NCBI GenBank assembly: GCA_951406725.2
Contig: OX597830.1
Coordinates: 23,188,001-23,252,000, forward strand
Origin: Octopus vulgaris
Lineage: Eukaryota
DNA: 64,000 nt
Direction of reading: 5' to 3'
Shown here: in pieces, positions 37,754 to 49,816 of the stretch
How the letters are laid out: each line of letters opens with the position of its first letter
How positions within the stretch are numbered: the first letter of the stretch is position 1
Made by a program: the position numbers and the translations under genes
Notes under the pieces: generated by a model
Told to the model about the DNA's origin: nothing
Seen by the model: the letters and a program-made list of their open reading frames with translations, nothing else
Databases searched by the model: none

Positions 37754-38075
37754 CTGAGACCCCCTTCGGTCATGACTGATCACAGGATTGCACCTAGGAA
37801 GTTACCCCCCCCCCCCAGGCACAAGTCTGGGCAAGGTTGTTTATGCATGCCGGCCTCGCCTCTCCACACCACCAGTATTATCCAAGGGAACGGCAAAGGC
37901 CGATACAGCTTGGCACCTGTGACGTCGCAATTCATTTCTACAGTTGAGTGAACTGGAGCAGCATGAAGTAATGTGCCTTGCTCAAGAACACAACACACAG
38001 CCCGGTCCGGGATTCGAACTCACAACCTCGCGATTGTAAGCTCGACGCTCTAACCACTGAGCCATGTGTCTTCAC
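37754..38075 (-). mobile_element. tRNA-derived SINE family F (CORE-like middle segment)
   Basis: Minus-strand A box TGGCTCAGTGG and B box GAGTTCGAATC, then TTGAGCAAGGCAC...TGCTCCAGTTCACTCAACTG. Confidence 0.8.
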
Positions 38076-38129
38076 TGTTATATAACAATGGTTATATATA
38101 TAATAATAATAATAACAATAATAATGATG

Positions 38130-38340
38130 ATTTCAAATTTTTCCACAAGGGGAGCCATTTTTGGGGAGGGGATAAGTTAATTACATCAACTCCCCAGTGT
38201 TTCACTGGTACTTAATCGACCTTGAAAGGATGAAAAGCAAAGTCGACCGTGGCTGAATTTGAACTCAGAGCGTAACAATGGGTGAAATATCGCTAAGCAT
38301 TTCCTCCAGCACGCTAATGATTCTGCCAGCTTGCCACCTT
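38130..38340 (-). mobile_element. SINE family B
   Basis: Reverse complement of family B, between (AAT)n and (ATT)n. Confidence 0.8.
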
Positions 38341-38630
38341 AATTTATTATTATTATTGAAAAGGAGGCAGAGACACGAGAGAAGAGAATGAGTACACTCA
38401 CATACAGACACGCATACACACGTCTTTCCATTAATGTTTAAATCTTATATAACTGCATAAACACACACACACATATACACATATGTAATATGATTTTATA
38501 TACATTTATGTTGTGTGTGTACATAAATATACAGCATACATATTATGAAGGAGAAGGAAAAATGAAAGGAGATACATACACAGACATATCTATCTATCTA
38601 TATATGTTTATATATATGTGTGTGTGTGTT

Positions 38631-38728
<98 letters not shown>

Positions 38729-40785
38729 CATGTATCTCAGAGCAGACTAAGAGAGGTTATAAAAAAGACAGAAGAGTGAGAGCTTGAAGGGGGGAGAGAG
38801 GGGGGGAAGGAGGCAGAGAAAAAAAAAGGGGAGAAGTAGTGTACTACCCTTGGAGAATATTTTGGGGGTAGTGGAGGTAAAAATAAAGGAGGCCAAGAAC
38901 AATGTGGATAAACAGATCGATAGATCTGGAAGGTCACACCTACAGGATTTGGTCTGGAATGGAAGAGAGGGTGGTGTTTCAGAAAGGCCATTTTCAAGGT
39001 GAAGCAAATTGGGAATTCAGAGAACCCCCACTGAATCTTTCTCCCTAGGGAGGCATAGTAGTGGTAGTGGTGGCAGTGGGGCTGGGAAGGCGGGATGGGG
39101 CTGTAACCCATTTTCTTTTGAGTGGAATTATATTTATTCATCGTTTATTTTTATTTTGTATCATTTTTATTTATTTATTTTTATTTATATTGTTATTAAA
39201 TTTCGTTCATATTAATAAATTATATTTTTCCATTTACTAAATGTTTGTAATTGTCTAAACCTCCTCCACACACACACACACACATACAAATGCACACCAC
39301 AAAAGCACATACATATACACATACAAGCAAACCACATACTCATACATAATACACACATACACACACACACATATACACAACCTCACTGTGTGTGTTTTGG
39401 ATGTGTTTAGATTTTGCTTGCTTTTTGCATTATTATTTTTTTGATTTGCAGCCCTTGAGGCAAAACAGATCATCATCATAATCATCATTATTTTTATTAT
39501 TATTATTATTATTATGAATTCCATTATTATTTCAATTATAATTATCAATTTAGAAAGAAAAGTGAAAGGGAGAAAGAAATACAATTAAAACAAAGACAGA
39601 TGCAAATGTTAAAACGAGGACAAGTATACATAGGGATATATGTGTATGTGTATATATATATATATATAGATGTATGTGTGTATATATATATATGTATGTG
39701 TATGTGCGTATATATATATATATATATATACATGTGATATGTATATAGGTATACACATGCTCACAAGCATATGTATGTATACAAACATACATACACACAC
39801 GTATATGTATGTGTATACACACACACACAAACACAGAAAGGGGGAGGGTGTTAAAGTAAAAATATACAAAGAGAGAGAGAATGAAAGAAAGGAAGAAATG
39901 CAAGAGGAGGGGGGGTACAGAAGAAAGGGATGGGAAGGGGGAGAAAGAGGCGGAAATATTTCTATTATTATAAAGTTGCACGTTCAGATGAATCTTGCGG
40001 GGAGTAAAAAGAAAGAAAGGAAGAAAGAGAGAAAGAAAGAAAGAAATAAAGAAAGAAAGGAAGAAAAAACCGTTCAACCTAATTTGTAAATATATTGCAG
40101 AGATGGTGGTGTGGTAGTGGTGGTAGGAGAAATAACACACACACACACACATACACACACTTACAATTTATATATAAACAACACAAAATTATGACAAATA
40201 TTTACACAACACTGTGCGTGTGTGTGTGTATATTGTTACATATATGGTATACCAATCCACAGCATTCGTTAACATGCACATCATATAATAAATATACATA
40301 CATTGCGCAACAGATAAATACCTATACATCCCAATGCATAGATATACAGATATGTAAACATGTATACACAACACACACAAATATGCACACTGCACAATGT
40401 ATATAACACAATCACACACACACACACACATGTGTGTGTGTGTATACATAGTACGAATGTACAGAAAACAAAGACAAAGACAGGTGAGGGAACAACAAGC
40501 AGGTGAATTAGTTTGACAGTTGGGAAGAATGGAAAAACCCTTGATGTTTTGAGCCTATGCTCTTCAACTGAAAGGCATGAGAGGAAATATATATATATAT
40601 ATATAGTGTAAAGAGAGTTAGCGGTTATAATAACTAAGGGATAACATACCCGTAATACTATCGGTATCCGTTACCTGTATTATATAGGTAAAAAATGGTT
40701 GAGAACCACGTGTAATAAATCTTTCATCTTTATGAGCAACAGCTGGAAAGATGGTGTGTGAGTATATATATATATATATATATAT

Positions 40786-40845
<60 letters not shown>

Positions 40846-40867
40846 ACATACACACATATATATATAT

Positions 40868-41266
40868 ACTTTTATTCTTTTACTTGTTTCAGTCATTTGA
40901 TTGTGGTGGTCATGCTGGAGCACCACCTTTTAATCGAACAAAGCGACCCTGGGACTTAATCTTTGCAAGCCTAGTACTTATTCCGTCGGTTTCTTTTGCC
41001 AAATCACTAGGTCACAGGGATGTAAACACACCAGCATTGGTTGTCAAGCAATAGTGGTGGTGGTGGTGGTGGGGACAAAAACAGACACACACACATATAT
41101 ATACATATACGAAGGGCTTCTTTCAGTTTCTGTCTACCAAATCTACTCACAAGGCTTTGGTCGACCCGAGGCTATAGTAGAAGATACTTGCCCAAGGTGC
41201 TATGCAGCAGGACTGAAACCAGAACAACATGGTTGGTAAGCAAGCTACTTACCACACAGTCACTCC

Positions 41267-41272
<6 letters not shown>
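40868..41272 (-). mobile_element. SINE family A, full length
   Basis: Reverse complement of family A. Confidence 0.88.
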
Positions 41273-41338
<66 letters not shown>

Positions 41339-41607
41339 ATGGAGGCCTCTTCTTACTTTCTGATACCCACTTCTAGTTAGATAGATTTGGTCATTGAGAG
41401 TCATGTCTATAAACACTGACAACATGTAGCTAGTAACAGAGTATGAATTACTGGTATCAAAGTCATCTGTAGCTGTCATGTTTTCTAACTAAGATACATG
41501 GCCACAAAATTTAAGGCATGGGTTAATCAAGTTGACTGACTTCTGTACATAACTAGTCTTTAATCAGCTAAGATCAAGAGCAAAATTAACTCCTGTGGGA
41601 TTTGAAC

Positions 41608-42678
41608 TTTCTTAAGTAGGGACTTGATATTTGATTTATCATTTAGCCTTGGGTCAAAGATGATCCAGTAAAGATTTGAAGTAATGTTTGCTGATCCAAC
41701 AAAGGACATCTGAACTGTGCTCTTAGCCATTCTATCTTTTTGAATATCAAAGATTATGGAAATGTTCAATATAAACTGAAATAACTTGTCATCATCACTA
41801 TCATCATCATTATTATTTAATGTCTGTTTTCCATACTGGCATGGGTTGAGCTCACAAGGCCATCAATTTTAGGGGTGGTGGGGTTAGTTGATTACATTGG
41901 TCCTTGTACTTGACTGGTATGTTATTTTATCAACCCTAAAAATAGATGAAAGATGAAGTTGGCCTTGGCAGTATTTATACTTGGAAGGAAGGTAAAAAGC
42001 TGGAAAAAAAAATACCACGAAGCATTTTTGTCCAGCACACTAACAACTCTGCCAACTCACCTTTTCACCAGCTTGCCACCTTTGCCAGCTCATTGCCTTA
42101 TCCCAGTATTACATGGCATTTTGTCCAGCACATTACCAATTCTGTCAGCCACCAACTTTCAAACCACTTTCTGCAACAGGCTTCCAATTTTATCATCATA
42201 CACTAAAATAATTCAAACTATTTTCTCCAGCTCTGCAGTACATCAACCTTCAAGCAGTTTTACTTAGTACTCCATCAAGTTTGCCCACCACTGACCTTCA
42301 AGCCATGATGTTTAGCATTTCATTGATACTACCATCCACTAAACTTCATGATAATATTGATTTCTCACAGCGATTACATAACCTCTAATTCACAGAGAAT
42401 GGAAGTAAAGGAGATTTTTGAAATTCATGCCTTTATCATGGAAGAGAGCATTAGCAATGATATAAGTGAAGTGGTTTTGAACAGTGAATAGAAGCCAGGC
42501 TAATAATTTTTATTTCTTAAGTAGGGACTTGATATCTGATTTACCATTTAGCCTTGGGTCAAAGATGATCCAGTAAAGATTTGATCTAAGGTTTGCTGAT
42601 CCAACAAAGGACATCTGAACTGTGCTCTTAGCCATTCTATCTTTTTGGATATCAAAGATTATGGAAATATTCAATATA
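41608..42678. repeat. Local direct duplication of 166 bp (41608-41773 and 42513-42678)
   Basis: Colinear at offset 905 with only a few substitutions. Confidence 0.92.
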
Positions 42679-42984
42679 TCGTTCTTTTTCATAAAATAGA
42701 ACGGCATGATGTGAGAATGATACAGCTGTTATTTCTAGCAGTTTGAACAATCATGTAAGGACTCCTATGTTGGCTCAATTGATGCCAAATGAGTTTTAAG
42801 AAGAGGTTATAAGAGTCATTCTTAAGATCATTGGTGCCATAAATGACATCAATTAGATTCCAATATTGAAAGGTGGAGAATATGGTAACAGAAAAAGTAC
42901 AGCGAAATTGCTATGGGAAGTGAAGTGACGAACATTTTGGACAGATACTCCTGAAATGTTGGACAGAAAGAGGACCTTCTCAAG

Positions 42985-43205
42985 ACATAAGGGCTGGTTT
43001 CCCAGTTTCATGGCATATAAACTCCCCACCTGGACAGGGCATCAGTTTGTCACATGATTGCTCACTTTTGCCAGCTGAGTGGACTGGAGCAATGTAAAAT
43101 GAAGCGTTTTGATCAAGAACACAACGCGTTACCTCGTTCAGGAATTGAAACCATAATCTTATAATCATGAGCCCAACACCCTAACCACTAAGCCATTCAA
43201 CTCCA
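42985..43205 (-). mobile_element. tRNA-derived SINE with F-like middle and D-like tail; a + strand copy lies at 53941-54180
   Basis: TGGCT(C/T)AGTGGTTAGGGTGTT...TTGCTCCAGTCCACTCAGCTGGCAAAA...GGAAACCAGCCCTTATG. Confidence 0.8.
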
Positions 43206-43234
43206 CACAGAAAGCATACTGTAGATTGCTGTGG

Positions 43235-43506
43235 GGAGAATTCATCTACGAAGTAATTGCCTCAGCTCCCCTTCAGGGTTGGCGAAAGCGATGTGGTGAA
43301 CAACTAAAAACCTGGCTGATGACAGTCAAGGCTGATCTGGAACCCAACATGTCTACGGCTTTCACCACTGGAATAAGAAGTGGTTGGAGATCACGTGGTC
43401 GTTAGCCTCAAATCGCCAGGCCTGGTCAGTGTTTGTGAGAGATGCAGCATTGAGGACGAATGAAGCCAGCTCAACCCACCCCAGGTAAATGCTGTCTCAA
43501 GACAAG
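43235..43506 (+). mobile_element. RTE-clade LINE 3' terminal fragment, frameshifted
   Basis: GEFIYEVIASAPLQGWRKRCGEQLKTWLMTVKADLEP / HVYGFHHWNKKWLEITWSLASNRQAWSVFVRDAA...*; typical RTE C-terminal W.R..G.Q..TW...V..D and A..R..W pattern. Confidence 0.75.
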
Positions 43507-44536
43507 AAGTGGAGAGCAGACATCTGCTCCCCACAACAATTTATTGTACTTATTCTGTCACTTTTTCCAAGTCTTGCTGATGTAGACCACAACGAGTCTC
43601 CTTGAAGTAAGTTTGCTTTATCCAATTATTAAGCAACGACCTAAATTCTGTATTTGTGTAAAAGTGGGAAAAAGGTTTCTTACAGCTTAGTAACATAATG
43701 AAGTACCCAAATGGCTAAATCTTCCTCAAATTCTATCCAACACCCATAAAAAAGGAAGGCTATGTAAGATAATGTAGTCCAAGGGTAACTATTATCTGAA
43801 AACAAAATGATAGGAAGATCACAGCTAGTATACTTTGATCGTAGGTCTGCAGGATCAGACCTGACCAGGGGCTAAACAACACCATAAATTAAGGTGTGCA
43901 ATTTTGGGTAACGAAGGTAGCACACCCCTATGGTTAAGTGTCCAACGAAACTGTGTCCCACGCACCCAAAACAGTTAACAAGTGGCTGGGTAGGGCTTAG
44001 GAGTGTCACTGAAAGCGCACCCCTGCAGCTCAACTTGTCCCAGACTGAATCGCCCCTCCCTAAGTAATACGATGCCAAAGCTAACGTGAACATATAATAC
44101 TACCGTCAACATCACCACCAACACCACAACTGTCATCTACTGCCAACCCCACCACTACCATCCATCAGAACCACCACAAATATTGTTGTCACCAACATCA
44201 TCAGCATTACCATAGACATCATCACCAATACTACCACCACCACCACCAATATTATTACTACTAATATCATAACTATTATCATCACTACCACCTTCACCAA
44301 AAGTCAATAAGGGAGCTTTGCTTGGTTGCTTGAGCTGCTAGAAACAACAGCCAAGTCTCCTTCAACTAGATCCCATGTCTTGAAGGAAAAATAAAAGGGG
44401 TCAAGTTCGATGATCTGGTCGTGGGTTTTTCTGCACGTAAGTTAGTAGACGAGCTAGTCATGGATGGAATGTCGTCAATCAGAATTAAAGAACACCGCTA
44501 GGGATCTTTTCAATTTCAGTCAAGTTTCAAACTGTT

Positions 44537-44960
44537 TACTCTTTTACTTGTTTCAGTCATGTGACTGTTGCCATGCTGGAGCACCACCTTTAGTCGAGCA
44601 AGTCGACACCAAGACTTATTCTTTGTAAGCCTAGTACTTATTCTATTGGTCTCTTTTGTCGAACTGCTTAGTTACGGGTATGTAAACACACCAGCATCGG
44701 TTGTCAAGCGATGTTGGGGGAACAAACACAGACATACAAACATATACACACACATCTATCTATCTATCTATCTATATATATATATATATATATATACGAT
44801 GGGCTTCTTTCAGTTTCCGTCTACCAAATCCTCTCACAAGGGTTTGGTCGGCCCGAGGCTATAGTAGAACACACTTGCTCAAGGTGCCATGCAGTGGGAC
44901 TGAACCTGGAATCATGTGGTTCGTAAGCAAGCTACTTACCACACACCCACTCCTACATCT
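44537..44960 (-). mobile_element. SINE family A, full length
   Basis: Reverse complement of family A. Confidence 0.88.
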
Positions 44961-45167
44961 ATGCTTAGTTAAAAAAAAATTAACTAAAAAATTTGTGACT
45001 GAGATTAAAAAGATCCCACCACTGTAAACACTAACCCCATCACCATTATCATCATCATCATCATCAATACCACCATGACTACCAAAATCTTTACTACCGC
45101 ATGTCCCCTATGACCACCACCACCACAACCAATAATACCACTACCACTGTCATCATTACAACCACCT

Positions 45168-45393
45168 ATTTCTTTACTACCCACAAGGGGCTGAACACAG
45201 AGAGTACAAACAAGGACAGACAAACAGATTAAGTCGATTATATCGACCCCTTAACTGGTACTTATTTAATTGACCCTGAAAGGATGAAAGACAAAGTCGA
45301 CCTCTGCGGAATTTGAACTCGGAACGTAACGGCAGACGAAATACGGCTATGCATTTCGCCCAGCGTGCTAACATTTCTGCCAGCTTGCCGCTT
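45168..45393 (-). mobile_element. SINE family B, full length
   Basis: Reverse complement of 2044-2275. Confidence 0.88.
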
Positions 45394-46384
45394 TACAACC
45401 ACCACCACCACCACCTAATACCATCACTACAACTACTATTGGGACCACGACCACGACCACTACTACCATCATCACCACCGTTATTGCAACCACCACCACC
45501 ACCACTACCACTACCCCACCTCTACTCAAAACACCAAGACATAAAAGTTCTGTGACATTATAATTATATTAGTGACTGGTAACAAGAGACGGGGACATGG
45601 ATAGACGGGGGTGGGGATGTGTAAGATGTTGAAAAGTATGTGTGGGGGAGGAGAAAGGGGGAGAGTGTATGTGTGTGCCTGTGTGAGCAGGGATAGTGTG
45701 TGTATGTGTATGTGTGAGTTAGTGTGTGAGAGTATATGTGTGTGGGAGGAAAAGTGCATGTGTGTGTATATATGTTAATGTGTATACATGTTTGTCTGTG
45801 TGTGTGTATATATATGTTAATGCATATGTATAAATTTGTGTTAACGTGTGTGTATACATGTTAATGTGTATGTATAAGTGTGTGTGCATGTGTAAGCTAA
45901 TGTGTGTGTGTAAGCTAGTGTGTGTGTGTGTGAGAGAGAAAGTGCATGAGTGTGTATGTGTGTGTGTATAGAAGTCAGTGTGTGTGTGTGTGTGTGTGTG
46001 CATGTGGATGAGTATGTGAGAGAGTGTGTATACATGTGTTTAAGTGAGTGTGTATGAGTATGTCTGAGAGAGTGTGTACGTGAGCAAGGGCCGTGTGTGT
46101 GTATGGTTAAGTGTGCGTATGTATATCTGTAAATGAGAAAGAGAGAAAGAGAGCATTTATGGTGTAAGCATGTATGCATATGTAGGGGTTGTGAGTTTAT
46201 GTAGTGTATAAGGGAGCGCCAGAGTGTGGTGGTGGTGAATATGATGGCTTTAACCCTTTAGCATTTAAACTGGCCATATCCAGCCAAATTATTCTTCCTG
46301 TTTATATTAGAACTGACCAGATCCAGCCCATCACACCTACCCTACAATGCCATTCTAAAAATATACAATCACATGCTTCACCTT

Positions 46385-46885
46385 ACCAGCACTTGTGCTG
46401 GTGGCATGTGAAATATTCGAGCGAGGTCGTTGCCAGTGCCGCTGGACTGGCTCCTGTGCAGGTGGCACGTAACAAGCACCATTTGGGCGTGGCCGTTGCC
46501 AGTACCACCAAACTGGCCCTCATGTTGGTGGCACGTAAAAGCACCCACTACACTCTCAGAGTGGTTGGCTTTAGGAAGGGCATCCAGCTGTAGAAACTCT
46601 GCCAGATCAGATTGGAGTCTGGTTCGCCAGACCTCAGTCAAATCGTCCAACCCATGCTAGCATGGAAAGCGGACGTTAAATGATGATGATGCTGATGATG
46701 GTGACATGTAAAAAGCACCCACTACACTCAGTAAAGTGGTTGGCACTAGGAAGGGCAGCCAGCCACAAAAACGAAGTCAAAACAGATAATGGAACCGGAT
46801 GCAGCCCCTGGCCATGCCAGGTCCTGTCAAGCTGGCCAAACCATGCCAGCATGGAAAATGGATGTTAAACATTGATGATGATGGA
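46385..46885 (+). mobile_element. Two tandem family C copies
   Basis: Two GGTTGGC..TAGGAAGGGCA...CCATGC.AGCATGGAAA...(GAT)n units. Confidence 0.85.
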
Positions 46886-46960
46886 TGATGGCATCATGGA
46901 GATCCTGAAGTCATGAAATAATACAGGATTAATTCAAAACAATGAGAGTAAGTAAAATAC

Positions 46961-47268
46961 AGTTCTATATTTAAGAGATGAGGAATTATGCACATTATTT
47001 ACAGTTGACGGATATTTGTCCTCATCTTGTTTGTTGGTAACACAATATTTCAGCTGATATACCCTCCAGCCTTCATCAGGTGTCTTGGAGAAATTTTGAA
47101 ACTGGGTTCTCATTCCTAAGGTATTTTTTGATATCATTATTATTATTATTATTATTATTATTCAATTCACTACCTGGAATAGAACTCGGAATCTTGGAGT
47201 TAGCAGCCTGTGCTCTTAACCACCACAACAAACAAGATGAGGACAAATATTCATCAAATGTAAATAAC
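46961..47268 (-). mobile_element. TSD-bounded element with a tRNA-like segment, (AAT)n, a hammerhead motif and a PLE-style inverted end
   Basis: 13-bp TSD GTAAGTAAAATAC at 46948-46960 and 47269-47281; inverted arms at 46991-47036 and 47226-47271. Confidence 0.8.
47039..47084 (-). ncRNA. Minimal type I hammerhead ribozyme-like motif
   Basis: GACAC-CUGAUGA-A-GGCUG-GAGGGUAUAU-CAGCU-GAAAU-AUU-GUGUU. Confidence 0.7.
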
Positions 47269-47569
47269 GTAAGTAAAATACGTTTGATAGAAGAATCTGA
47301 ATACTAAAGGGTTAAGATATTGGTATAGGTGGGGGCCAGAAGAGATTGATATAAAACAGGGTGGTGTTAGTGGTTATCATCATCACCATCACCATCATTT
47401 CACAACCACTCTCCAATCTGCACCAGGCCCCAGACTATATTGTCTAGGTTTCTATGGCTGGATGCCCTTCCTAATGCCAACCACTCCACAAAGTGTACTG
47501 GGTTTCTTTATATTAGAACTGACCAGATCCAGCCCATCACACCTGCCCTACAATGCCATTCTAAAAGAC

Positions 47570-48586
47570 ATCTGGCATGGATGTCTTTCATGTGTAACTG
47601 GCACAGCTGCCTTTCACATCTCACCAACATGAATGTCTTTTATACATTGCTGGCACAGGTGCTTTTCATGTATCACCAACATAGATGTCTTTTACATATA
47701 TCACTGGCACACGTGCCTTTCACGTGTTACCAACATGGATGTCTTTTACATGTTGCCGGCACAGGGGCCTTTCATGTCTCACTGGCAAAGTACTTTCCAT
47801 GAGTCACTTGATACAGGTGCATTCCACGTGTCACTTGGCACAGGTGCATTCCATGTGTTACTTGGCACAGGTGCATTCCACATGTCACTTGGTACAGGTG
47901 CATTCCACATGTCACTTGGCACAGGTGCATTCCACGTGTCACTTGGCACAGGTGCATTCCACGTGTTACTTGGCACAGGTGCATTCCACGTGTTATTTGA
48001 CACAGGTGTATTCCACGTGTTACTTGGCACAGGTGCATTCCACGTGTTACTTGGCACAGGTGCATTTTACACGTGTTACTTGGCACAGGTGCATTCTATG
48101 TGTTACTTGGCACAGGTGCATTCTACATGTCACTTGGCACAGGTGCATTCTACGTGTTACTTGGCACAGGTGCATTCTACGTGTTACTTGGCACAGGTGC
48201 ATTTTACACGTTACTTGGCACAGGTGCATTCCACACGTTATTTGGCACAGGTGCATTCCACACGTTACTTGGCACAGGTACTTTCCACGTGTTACTTGGC
48301 ACAGGTGCATTCCATGTGTTACATGGCACAGGTGCATTCCATGTGTTACTTGGTAAAGGTGCATTCCAGTGTTACTTGGCATAGGAGCATTCCACGTGTT
48401 ACTTGGCACAGGTGCATTTTACACGTGTTACTTGGCACAGGTACATTCCATGTATTATTTGGCACAGGTGCATTCCACATGTTACTTGGCATAGGTGCAT
48501 TCCACGTGTTACGTGGCACAGGTACTTTTCACGTGTTACTTGGCACAGGTGCATTCCATATATTACTTGCACAGGTACTTTCCACT
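47570..48586. repeat. 27-bp minisatellite (GGCACAGGTGCATTCCACGTGTTACTT), about 29 homogeneous units from about 47800, preceded by degenerate units
   Basis: Direct inspection; 9-aa periodicity in the overlapping ORFs. Confidence 0.93.
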
Positions 48587-48740
48587 GCTAAAAAAGACAG
48601 AATCAAGCTGTCTGCATTTTAAAACCGAAAATTAGAAAGCAAAATTTCCATAAACCTTTTCCCCCATTTCGCCCACCCATCACCACATCACTCCCAAATT
48701 TTCACTTTTACCGTCACAGTCAACGCATTCACAATGGCGA

Positions 48741-48803
48741 GGCAAGACTTCTACCCGTCCCATCCCAGGGGGTATTTTGAGGGGGATGGGCAGAAGTCTT
48801 GCC
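48741..48803. other. Isolated strong hairpin (pre-miRNA-like)
   Basis: GGCAAGACTTCT-A-CCCGTCCC pairs with GGGATGGG-C-AGAAGTCTTGCC: 20 of 21 positions paired, including one GU. Confidence 0.6.
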
Positions 48804-49018
48804 CACATGTGCATACACACACACACACACATGGCCAAGTCTGAAAAACAAAAACATTTGTACACAGAAAAAAAAACCTACACATACATACACACAAGCT
48901 TATATATATATATATATATAAGAGGAAGCTTTATGAAAATAGACAAAAGACGAAGGCAGGTGGAAAACAAACAAACAATTGTATTAGTATGGCGCTCAGG
49001 AAATATAAATAAAACAAG

Positions 49019-49056
49019 TCTTTAACGTTTCGAGCCTACGCTCTTCAACAGAAAGA
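49019..49056 (-). ncRNA. Minimal type I hammerhead-like motif, variant core CUGUUGA
   Basis: UCUUU-CUGUUGA-A-GAGC-GUAG-GCUC-GAAAC-GUU-AAAGA. Confidence 0.6.
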
Positions 49057-49435
49057 TACACAGAGAGAAAAAAACACAGAAAGAAGGAGAGAAAAAAAAT
49101 GCGTGCAGTAACTAACGAACCAACATACATATATATATATACATATATATACATATATATACACATATATATACATATATATATATACATATACATATAT
49201 ACATATACATATATATACATATACATATATACATATATATACATATACATATATATACATATACATATACATATACATACATATACATACATATACATAT
49301 ATATACATATACATATATATATACATACATATACATACATATACATATATATACATATACATATATATATACATACATATACATATATATACATATACAT
49401 ATATATATGTATATGTATATACATATATATATATA

Positions 49436-49816
49436 CTAGCAGTATCGCCCGGCGTTGCTCGAGTTTTTAAGGGAAATAACTATAAAGCATTTTTAGAGAG
49501 TTATAGCCAAAAAATAGAAAAAAATGGAAAAAAAATTATGGTAAATTTTTTTTGAGAGTTAAAAAGGTCGAGTTGCGTCCCCTAGACAGTCAGTGGTTTG
49601 TATTTCTGATTCTCGACCCCATGTCGAATTTATCGATTTTTTTCAGAACTGGTGGAACTTTTCAAAATTTTCGCTGCGTTAGTTTTGAATTATGACATTG
49701 GGCTATGTGTGTGTCAAGTTTCATCAGAATCGGTTGAAAGCCATGGTCAGGGTGAGGGTACAACCTGACAGACACACAGACACACACACAGACAAACTGC
49801 CGTTTATATATAGAGA
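49436..49816 (-). mobile_element. Non-autonomous Helitron-like element
   Basis: Minus strand A|TCTCTATATATAAA...CTCGAGCAACGCCGGG-CGATACTG-CTAG|T: 5' TC, subterminal hairpin, 3' CTAG, AT target, no TSD. Confidence 0.8.

Larger units (their letters stand above)
46254..47311. mobile_element. piggyBac-like MITE carrying nested insertions
   Basis: TTAA-CCCTTTAGCATT ... AATACTAAAGGG-TTAA; an uninterrupted relative lies at 63361-63577. Confidence 0.82.

Noticed and set aside
47633-48622. 329-aa ORF and overlapping repetitive ORFs
   Set aside because: They arise from a 27-bp minisatellite open in several frames on both strands; indels switch frames freely
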